Below are positions 9,912 through 20,358 of a DNA stretch of 37,633 nucleotides, piece after piece. The translations under genes and the position numbers were made by a program. Numbering within the stretch: position 1 is the first letter of the stretch; each line of letters opens with the position of its first letter. The notes below the pieces were generated by a model that was not told the DNA's origin, made no database searches, and saw only the letters and a list, made by a program, of their open reading frames with translations. Source of the DNA: Paraphysomonas bandaiensis (lineage: Eukaryota > Protista > Chrysophyceae); NCBI GenBank assembly GCA_965644295.1, contig CBFFRP010000336.1, forward strand, positions 1 to 37,633. Reading direction: 5' to 3'.

Positions 9912-12900
9912 AGAAGTATGTAGAAGAGCCGGGAGTAATATCACTGACCAAAAAGGGATCGGCGATGGAGACCCAAGGAGTGGGAAGTTTTCAGCAGTGG
10001 CACGGCATCAAAGTATGTAACGATGCAGTGAAAAATATTGTCTCTGGAGAGGTATGCTGCGGGCTATGGGGTATGGACTCGAATTACTGAGAGTACCAAA
10101 AATCGTAGAATTGAACACTGGCAGAGAGGTGTTGGTTGGAAATTACGATGAGCATGGAGGAATGCCATGGGTGGCATTGCATGATGTGTTAAATTTACCT
10201 TGCATATCGTCCTGCCATTATGTAATGGGGGGGGGAAGCAGTGAAGTGATGCTGTCCGATACAGTTCAGCAGGATCCCCTCGATTTACTGCACGAAAGGG
10301 CCGGTCATGTTGCTAAGGGAAAACTACTGGAGGCTCATAGACATATGCTGATCAAGGGAACAGGGCTACAGCGACATCATTTATCTAAGACTACCAAAAA
10401 GAAGTGTGAGACCAGTTTGTGCAAGTGGTGTGCTAAGGCGAAGATCACTAGACATGCATTTCGAGGACAAAGTGACCAGAATGTGGAGATGAAGGCGACA
10501 GCATTCCTGGAGCGTATTACAGTGGATATTTCGGTTTATATGAATTGTCCATCTGTGGAGGGGTATAAGTACGCACTTGTATTTGTAGATACGGCTACGA
10601 AAGAATTCTGGGAATACGGTCTACGAACGAGAACTGGGGATGAAGTGTTAAAATGCGTGAAGCATCTCTGTGAAGTCAGGCTACCAAAATACCCAGGGTG
10701 GAACAGGATACAGCAGTACCATGCTGATGGTGGACCAGAGTTGATGGACAGGCGAATCAAAGAATACTTGTTACAAAAATTTGGAACCACATTCTCCTAC
10801 ACTACTAGGGAGACACCAGAATTAAACGGTGTTTCAGAACGGAAATTCAGGACACTAGGAGAAATGACATTATCGCTTTTATTGTCATCGGGTATGCCAA
10901 AAGCGGAGTGGTGGAAAGCCTTTAGACATGCATGCTGGGTTCTTAGAAGATTACCCACAAAGACCTATAGAGGGTGGATGTCACCCTACGAGTGTGTTCC
11001 TGGAGGAACGGTGCCAGATTTTTCTTGGTTACGGAAATGGGGGTGCAAGGCGTACGTTCTCATCCCGAAGGCAGATCGCAGGAAAGACTGGGAAGAAAAG
11101 GCACAGACTGGATACTTTGTAGGGTTCCCAGAGGAGCAAATGGGATACCAAGTATTGATTGGAGATACTATAGTTACGTCTGTGCATGTTTTATTCGATG
11201 AATCTGTGCCTGAGAGATCGGCGGATTATTATCGAGAAATGGACGAGGCCATGGTTGCTGTGGATCCTCAGGAACGAAATATTAGAGACTTCGATTACTT
11301 AATCGGAAAGACCCATGAAGATGGCGGCCACCTATACAAGACCACACGAATATTGGTTCGAAAAGGTTTGATTGTAGGGTATAGATCCCTATTGTCTGGT
11401 GGTGCGGAGCAAGTGGAAGATAAGACTCCTATTCACATCGCCGATATAAAGCGGATGAGTGAAGACCTTGCAACAAGAGCATCTGCAAGTTCTGGATCTC
11501 GTGACGACGGGACCAGCGGACATTTATCACAGCAGTTGACTGGGACGGTTCCATCCCCTTCTGACTTCGTAAGTGCTCCGGGAGAGGAAGCTCCATCAGA
11601 TCGCTCATCAAGGGGCAGGCGTGCAAGGGCTCCAAGGGTGGTGACGAATGTGTCAGTTTTGGGTGAGATGCATTTATTGTCGTCATGTGTCGAAGACGAG
11701 TGCAGCCTATTACAGGAGGCAGATTCCATCTGGTGCTCGTCAGCGGGACCTAAGGTGCCTCAGACATATTCCGAATCCTTGGAGTTGCCGGAACGGAAGC
11801 AATGGAGTTCAGCAAGACAAGCTGAACGTGACGGTTTAGAACGTAGGGGAGTCATGGAAGTTAAGCCCATCCCTACCGGTGTCACTCCATTGAAATCTAA
11901 GTATGTTTTCGCCTTGAAACGCAACAAAGAGGGTGCGATTCAACGATATAAGGCAAGACTTGTGGTACTTGGATGCGGAGACCATGAAGGTGGCAGAGCC
12001 AACAATTATGCTCCAGTGGTAAAAGCGGTAACAGTGAGATTGCTTTTAGCAATCGCTTTTGTTATGAATATGGTGGTGCATCAACTCGACGTATCTAATG
12101 CATTTTTGTATGCAGATATACAAGGAGATGTGTATATGTATGCTACACCAGATTTTAAATTGCCACCAGGACACTGCTTTAAACTGAAGAAAAGTTTATA
12201 TGGTCTTCGAAGCTCACCACGGTCATGGTATAAATGTCTTAACAAGTTTATTAAGTCCTTACATTTTATATCATGTATACTTGACCCATGTTTATATTTT
12301 ACACGGATCAGGGGTGAATTAGTTCTGTTAGTAATATATGTAGATGATATGCTGATAGCATGTCGAGATACGAGTATTATTTTGGAAATTAAGCGACGAG
12401 TATGTGAAAGGTTCGATATTACAGATATGAATGAGATTGGCCAGTTTTTGAACGTGAGAGTGACGAGAACTCAGAATTGTCTCAAACTTGACCAGACAGT
12501 GTACATCAAAAAGATATTGGCGAAGTATGTGGATTTTCTGGGTCCAAGGGACAAGACTCGGCGATACCCACTACCTAGTGATGTCATGGATAGGATCAAA
12601 GTGGGAGTGGAACATGTGCATTCGACTGAAGAGCAGGAATTAGTTGACAATTTTCCCTATCGTCCACTAATAGGAGCGTTACTCTATTTATCTATGAATA
12701 CAAAGCTCCGGGAGAGGAAGCTCCATCAGATCGCTCATCAAGGGGCAGGCGTGCAAGGGCTCCAAGGGTGGTGACGAATGTGTCAGTTTTGGGTGAGATG
12801 CATTTATTGTCGTCATGTGTCGAAGACGAGTGCAGCCTATTACAGGAGGCAGATTCCATCTGGTGCTCGTCAGCGGGACCTAAGGTGCCTCAGACATATT

Positions 12901-14516
12901 CCGAATCCTTGGAGTTGCCGGAACGAAAGCAATGGAGTTCAGCGAGACAAGCTGAACGTGACGGTTTAGAACGTAGGGGAGTCATGGAAGTTAAGCCCAT
13001 CCCTACCGGTGTCACTCCATTGAAATCTAAGTATGTTTTCGCCTTGAAACGCAACAAAGAGGGTGCGATTCAACGATATAAGGCAAGACTTGTGGTACTT
13101 GGATGCGGAGACCATGAAGGTGGCAAAGCCAACAATTATGCTCCAGTGGTAAAAGCGGTAACAGTGAGATTGCTTTTAGCAATCGCTTTTGTTATGAATA
13201 TGGTGGTGCATCAACTCGACGTATCTAATGCATTTTTGTATGCAGATATACAAGGAGATGTGTATATGTATGCTACACCAGATTTTAAATTGCCACCAGG
13301 ACACTGCTTTAAACTGAAGAAAAGTTTATATGGTCTTCGAAGCTCACCACGGTCATGGTATAAATGCCTTAATAAGTTTATTAAGTTCTTGCATTTTATA
13401 TCATGTATACTTGACCCATGTTTATATTTTACACGGATCAGGGGTGAATTAGTTCTGTTAGTAATATAATATGTAGATGATATGCTGATAGCATGTCGAG
13501 ATACGAGTATTATTTTGGAAATTAAGCGACGAGTATGTGAAAGGTTCGATATTACAGATATGAATGAGATTGGCCAGTTTTTGAACGTGAGAGTGACGAG
13601 AACTCAGAATTGTCTCAAACTTGACCAGACAGTGTACATCAAAAAGATATTGGCAAAGTATGTGAATTTTCTGGGTCCAAGGGACAGGACTCGGCGATAC
13701 CCACTACCTAGTGATGTCATGGATAGGATCAAAGTGGGAGTGGAACATGTGCATTCGACTGAAGAGCAGGAATTAGTTGACAATTTTCCCTATCGTCCAC
13801 TAATAGGAGCGTTACTCTATTTATCTATGAATACAAGGCCGGATATATCATATGCAGTGGGAGTATTGTCACGATTCTCAACGAAAGTGAATATCACTGC
13901 ATGTAAACTAATGATACATTTAATGCAGTATGTACGAGGTACTACGGAAAAAGGCATTCAATATAGAGGGAAAGATTTTGATCTTCATATGTTCACGGAT
14001 GCTGACTGGGCGGGTGACCCGTTGACGAGGAGATCAACTTCAGGTTATGTTATGTTTGGAGCTGGTGGACCACTATCGTGGGGTTCCAAACTTCAGTCTA
14101 CTGTAGCTACATCGACTATGCAAGCAGAGTATCAATGCTTATATAATGGATTACAGGAAATGATATGGTCTCGGGGGGTGACTGGTGAAGTAGGATTGAA
14201 AATTGACGAGCCCACACCATTATTCCTGGATAGTCAAAGTGCTCAGGATATATCGGAAAATCCAGTGCAACATCAACGATCGAAACATATTGAGATTAAG
14301 TATCATATGATTAGAGAGCATGTGGATCCCGAACAGTTTAATACAGCGAAATTAATTCATGTGAGCAGTCGACAACAGATGGCAGATATATATACCAAGG
14401 CTTTGTGTGGTCCAATATTCATTGAACAGAGGGAGCGAAATCTTGGGGAAAAATTTAAGACTACTGCACAAATTATCGCAGAGGTACCCAAGGTAAAGAG
14501 AGTTCGTCGTAACTAG
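9851..14516 (+). pseudogene. pol: Copia pol (protease, integrase, RT, RNase H) broken by two frameshifts, a 1.13-kb duplication and an in-frame stop
   Basis: PR YLDSCA; IN zinc motif HERAGH...CKWC and DDE core (TVD, HADGGPE, NGVSER); RT YKARLV, QLDVSNAFL, KSLYGL, YVDD; RNase H FTDADWAG, KHIEIKYH, ADIYTK. Confidence 0.95.
11575..13836 (+). repeat. Tandem duplication (1130-bp offset) covering most of the RT domain
   Basis: 11575-12703 repeated at 12705-13836; at least 10 substitutions, all transitions, plus a 3-bp insertion in copy 2. Confidence 0.95.
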
Positions 14517-14650
14517 TTAGAGGTGAACGAATGGTGGGAGCTAGCTATACCAGCGGAGTCATACGTCCACCAGTGTCCTATGAGGTTCGGTGGTTGCGTA
14601 TCCGATAGCAATGTTCTTCACAAATTTTAGAATGGTTAACTACATCCAAT

Positions 14651-14660
14651 TGAGTGGGAG
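14651..14660 (+). promoter_or_regulatory. Polypurine tract TGAGTGGGAG
   Basis: Purine-rich run abutting the 3' LTR. Confidence 0.85.
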
Positions 14661-15008
14661 TGTTGAGTTCTGCAATATGATGTGATATATATTGTGCAAT
14701 TGAAGTGAGTTAACAGTGTGCAATAGGTAAAGTCAACTCATAGGTGTAACGGGTGATTATAGTTACAAAGGAATTAAATTCAGTTACTGATGTGTGACTA
14801 TACAAGATATAGAACTGACTGATGAACATATGATAAACAGATGTTGCTAAGAACAGATGTTTCAACATATGTTACACGAATATGTAGTGAAGTGTTCAGA
14901 ATAATAATCATAATTTCTTACTTGAAAGTGCATTGTGTTCAATAGAGCAAGAGGTTACGGTTTACGTGTAGAGCAAAGTTAACTTCAGTGAAATGTCCAT
15001 TGTTAACA
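14661..15008 (+). repeat. Copia 3' LTR (348 bp, uninterrupted)
   Basis: TGTT...AACA termini; carries the empty site GAA-TA-TGTAG for the insertion seen in the 5' LTR. Confidence 0.96.
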
Positions 15009-16129
15009 TACATCGTCATGATATCACTTCTCATAATACAGCTCATCACTACTGTATTCTCCAGTAACCGTCATAATTCCAATATCTTAGAATTACAGCT
15101 TTTAATTGCTCAAACAACAAAACTCAACACATTAAATAGTAGGATAATGGAATGTGTACGGATTAGTTATGGGTAGAGGTCTAACTAGTATCTAGCATTC
15201 AACTAGCCACTATATGTTGGTACAGGTTTCTAACGCCTATTGCTAAATAAAAAGCCTTTCAATATAAAAAATATAAGTCAATACTGTGCTACTACAAGTA
15301 TAATTTATTAAGTGCTTAACTGTGGTATCTTACTATTTTGGGCTACAAAAGCTGCTTGTGTGTCACCGAACGCACCAAGGTGCAACCACTTTCGCTCTCT
15401 GTCCTTAAGGTGAACTAGCCCGGATGCATGACTTCAGTATAGGCAGCTCAATACCACGGATGCCCTTGAGGTAGGCCCATGTTGAGTTCTGCTATATGAG
15501 AGCAATTGAGAGCTGTAGTTTTAAGGTACTTAAATTACAGTAGTATACAGTTGTACCCTTAATAGTCGTACCTTGAGAACATCAAATATTGATCAACTTT
15601 ATGTCTCTGTGGAATGTCGTCTAGTTGATCCCTACATAGACCCTTATATCTGTAACTATGCTCGCGAATTGCATCCAATCAATTTTACAACGCTTTACAC
15701 ATGATGTAGGAACAGTATACTAGTCATGTTGTCTGCACGTAAAATACTTATGAAAGATCATTCAGTGCAGCTAAACTTATCATATCCGTCTTGCGCAAAA
15801 GTACTCATCCCGATACACTTGACATGATTCTATTTTCGAGAGCTAAACGCCACTTGTGGCCTGATGCAAACATCTTTCAAATAATTGTGAATTGAAGACA
15901 TAGATGATGAATATGGTGTTAATGCGAGTATTGAATGGTGTTAGGCATTACAATCTGTGATATGATTATACACTTTTATAAACAGTACTAGAAATAAGGT
16001 GCACGCAAGTAATTAGCTACGGACTATATATATTAATACTATTGCAATATATTGTAATATATGTTGGAATACATTGGATTAGTATCAATAGACTCTTAAA
16101 AAACAATTGAACTAGGTATTGGTGGGGAG

Positions 16130-16620
16130 ATATGTCACAATAGTATTACAATATATTGTTCCCTAGCCCTGATATACACGTTTATGTGTCCAGTATACAT
16201 ATGACAGAGACATGATATATCCACTTATCGCACAACATATGTAACAGAGACATATATATAAGCTTGAAGTTTATATATGATAGACATACATAGATGTTTG
16301 AAGTATATACGTGTCACAGACGTGTACTTGTGTGAAGTATTCATATGGCACATATATATACAGTGCATTGGTGACAGACATATAAACATATATGTGGGCA
16401 GCATGTATGTAACAGAGACTTCTATATGTGACATATACATATAATTCGTACATATAGGTGCATGCACTACATATATAACACATATATATACATTTGTGCA
16501 ATATATATGTAACTATGACGTGTATATGTGCAATACACATGTGACAGAGAGATCTATAAGTGTGCAATTCACAATAATGAAACATACGGGAGGTGACATA
16601 CAACTGTAATATGTCACCAC
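16130..16620. repeat. Low-complexity TA/CA/TG-rich tract with recurring GT(G/A)ACAGAGA motif
   Basis: Motif variants near 16201, 16241, 16371, 16408, 16541 within alternating purine-pyrimidine sequence. Confidence 0.6.
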
Positions 16621-17141
16621 TTTCACAACACCCATCATTCACACCATTGCCTGTCACTTAAAGTTTGTCTCTGTTGGTTGGGATCGTGGAATCTCAGTTG
16701 CGGGAGCGGTGAAATGAAAGGGACATAACGGAGCGGTATTTAGCTCAAACAGTGCAAGATAATGCTGATACGTGTGTGGATGTAGGCAGGTATACGGGGT
16801 ATATATGGAGTGACAAAGTACTACGAAGAAGTAAGTTGGATATCATCATAATAATAACTGAAAATGCAAACCAAACTGAAATGAAAAACTGAAAAAAGTA
16901 AACAACATGGTTTTGACCGATTGTGTTATGTGGCTAAAAAATGCGCACCAAAGCAAATGCATATATATCCAGGTATAGACACCAAAGCATTGCTGTGTAT
17001 ACTGCGAACAACATGTTGTGTATATGTAATATGTTTTGTGTCTATAATCAATTATTATATTATCTTATGTTAAATTAAGATATCTATCGGTTATATACTA
17101 CACTTAATTTAGTGGTATAAAGAGGGTTATAAACTGTTGCA

Positions 17142-20100
17142 ATGTCAATCGAGCAGAAATTTATGCGAGCAACACAATATGTTGCCGACGGGGACGTACA
17201 ACTTTCAGATAGTCAGAGAAATGCTTTTTATGGTCTACAAAAACAAGCTATCGACGGAGACTGTAATGTACCTGCCCCCCCATCGTAAGTTATTTATTTT
17301 GTATATTTTAAAGGAGAATTATGTTTTTCAATAGTGGTAATAAGACTGCAAGAAATAAATATGATGCATGGAATGCATATCGCGGGTTACCTAAAGACGA
17401 AGCAATGAAGAAATACATTACTGCACTACAGAAAATTGATAATTCATTTGATCCGAATCCGGAGTCTGTGGTATCACGACCAGTTGCTTCGTCTAAGAAT
17501 GCAACGACTACTCCAGAGGCTGTGGGTGATAGAGAAACATCCTCCAGGGTTATTATTGAAGGCACACTGTATAAACAACGCGATATTTTCAAGGGATGGA
17601 GCCCGCGTCATTTTGTATTGGACGATTGCTTCTTGCATTATTACACGAATAAAGACGACGATCTACCGCGCAAGAGTATGCAGATATTTGGCTGTACTGT
17701 GAAATCTGTGCATTCTGCTAAAGTTGGTGACATGGAGTACTTTCCCTTTGTCATATCGCACCCGAAGTCGACAAAGACGTACAACCTCTCTGCTGATTCT
17801 AAAGCTGCTGCGGACAAGTGGATAACTGCGTTGAAGAATGCGAGTGCGAACGATGCTCCTCCTCCAGTAGTATCATCTGGAGTGGAGAGATTACTCGAAC
17901 GTCGGCCAATAGTAGATGATGATGAACTCGTAGATGCCGCGTATGCACCAGTGAATGAAGAATTGACCCGGAAGAATATTCCAGAGAAGTATTCCTACAA
18001 AATTGAAAAGGCGGTTGAGGCAGTTGTGGACCTTTCTTCAACCGATGCAGAGGGATGGACACCATTATTTGAGAAAAGTGGAGTAACTGCATTTAAACGA
18101 GGCGGAGGGATGGTGTGTATACGTAGCGATTCCTTGATTCCCCAGGCTCTTATTGACATCTTTTCTCTTCTCACAAATGAAAGTAGACGCAAAGAGATAG
18201 ACCCGACACTATCGTCGTGCAAGATTCTTAAGTACTTCTCAGATAATACCACACTCGAATATCAAAGGTACAAACAAGTGTGGCCATCAGCTGTGAGAGA
18301 TTTCTGTAATCTTACTCACTGGAGACTATTAAAAGATGGTCGTGTGGTGTTTGTTTCCTTTTCTGAAAAGTTTGAGGATTTGTGCCCTCTGGAAGAGAAT
18401 GTTGTCCGGGCGGAGCAAATCTTGGCGGGATTTGTGCTACGCGTATCTCCCAAGGGCACGATATGTCAGTATATATTGCAGGTTTGTTTGTATTTTATGT
18501 ATCATTCACTCTTTACGTTTATGGTGAATAGTGTGACTTAAGAGGCAATCTTCCAGTAAGCATTATTAATTTAGTTAGCTCTATGCAGCCTATGCTACTG
18601 GCCAACATCAGGACAGTGCTTGAAGCAGATTCTAGTTCGAAGTCGCGCCCAATGTTGATGGCTAGACCTAATAAGCCTGTCACTTTTCAAGGTTAGAAAC
18701 TTCTATCGTCAGTATAATGTGTGGTGAAAGTATTGTAAATAGACCTTTTATTTGCCTTTGAAAACACCAAGTCTACTAAATCTGCCCTCTCCACTGCCAC
18801 TGATGTGGGAGAAGATTCTGCTGTTTCCGACTCCCAAAAGACTGAGCCAACTGCATCGGATAAGGTTTGTTACAATTTTTATATGAATTGGCAGTGAATT
18901 CAATGCACAGGTGCGACATGCAGTCAAGTCTGCTGTCGATAGAGCAACTGATCCTGCGCAGAGACGTAAAAAGTTACATAAGCTCAACACCGTTTCTCTC
19001 ATGGTTCTACTACTACCGGTGGCGCTGTATTATGCGGTCCACACGTAAGCAACCACAACTATATGTACTTGTTTGTCACATCCCTACAGTAATTATCGGG
19101 CCATTGCATTTATTGCCGGGTTATTATACTCTCTGGAATATGTGTTTCGCCTCCACCTCGGTATTCCGCATCGCAAGGTAACTATCGATATAAATATATC
19201 ATTTGCTCACATCCTTTACTGCAGATTGCGTCTCAATCCATCGGCGCCATACCAAACGGTCGCATGCTAGTTCGATTTACAGTGGACATGGGAAGACTGC
19301 TTCGGTACCTTGAAGGACGCCGTGAGGGATCTGGTGTTGAGATTACTGTTGTCCACATTGCCCTTAAAGCAGCAGCCGTTGCACTGTCTGAAATCCCAGA
19401 TTTGAATGGGCATGTGATTGGTGGTGACTTTTATTACAGTAATTCAGCTGGTGTCGACGTGAGCATGTCCTTGGAGATGTCCGATAATGATACAGTGATG
19501 ATGAAAGTCGAACACGCCGACTCGAAACCAGTAGATTACATTGCGGATGAGATTAAGAAGCGCACCATAGACCTGCAAGAGGGAAAGGACGTAAGTGTTC
19601 AGCGCAAAGCTCGACTGCTTGGCATGTTTCCTCCTGTGGTCGCTGGTGTGATCCGCAAATTTCTCAACATCGTTGGGGGGAAGTGGGGTATATCGATTCC
19701 GCTTCTAGGAATCGTTGGTTTTCCACATGGAGCATGCACCGTTGTGACTATCCCATCTAAAGATTCGAGCGATAATGATGTTGATATCGCTATGCTTCCT
19801 AATATGAGTGATACTGCTACTCCAATTACTATCACCATCGGGGGTGTCAAATTGCAACCAATGCTCGACCAAGAGCGTAAACTTGCTGCCTCACATGTCC
19901 TCAACGTTGCCGTTGCTATAGACACAAATGCTGGATCTCTTGCCGAGGGTAAGAAGTTTGCTAACAGAGTCCAGCAGCTGATGAATACTCCCGCTTTACT
20001 TGACAAGGCCGATCGTATCGCTGCAGTATCGCGCGAGGACGAGAAAGCTGCTGCTGAGAGAGAGGCGGCTCATGCAGCTCTCTTTAGGTCGACGAAGTAA
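17142..20100 (+). CDS. Multi-domain lipid-binding protein: ACBP + PH + START + two predicted TM segments + 2-oxoacid dehydrogenase acyltransferase (E2)-like domain; about 889 aa. Exons 17142-17284, 17335-18481, 18532-18691, 18743-18864, 18911-19044, 19090-19177, 19225-20100
   Basis: Six GT-AG introns (50, 50, 51, 46, 45, 47 nt) join into a 2670-nt frame with no internal stop. ACBP FYGLQKQAIDGDCN..P, KYDAW..YRGL.KDEAM.KYI; PH IEGTLYKQ..IFKGW..RHFVL...KWITALK; START VWPSAVRDF, DLRGNLP..IINL; E2-like VDMGRLL, ITVVHIALKAAAVALSEIPDLNG. Confidence 0.88.
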
Positions 20101-20358
20101 GGTTGAATTTACGATGTCCCCGTGCAACTGGCATTAACGCTTTCAGTTACTGCGAAGTAGATATTTGGGTGTATATCTGCGAAGTTGCCGTAGACTAGAG
20201 TTGGTCTATTTACAAGTAGAAGTAATTTGAATTAATAAAACAGTTCATGAGAAATTATTGAGTATGACCATTTCAGATGATTAAGATCGTTGTAAGAGAA
20301 GTTTAAGTTAGTCAAACTAGATAGATTACTTTATTATAATTGTATACACAATTGTGTG

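Larger units (their letters stand above)
288..15008 (+). mobile_element. Ty1/Copia LTR retrotransposon, full length but defective, with the 5' LTR interrupted
   Basis: Paired LTRs TGTTGAG...GTTAACA; 5-bp TSD TACAT at 283-287 and 15009-15013; internal order gag-PR-IN-RT-RH (Copia order); PBS and PPT in the expected places. Confidence 0.97.

Noticed and set aside
15300-15430. AP2-like fragment on the minus strand (RKWLHLGAFGDTQAAF)
   Set aside because: Too short, flanked by stops, upstream AP2 motifs missing.
15480-15581. Solo LTR starting TGTTGAGTTCTGC like the Copia LTR
   Set aside because: Similarity fades after about 20 bp; no matching end with a TSD found.
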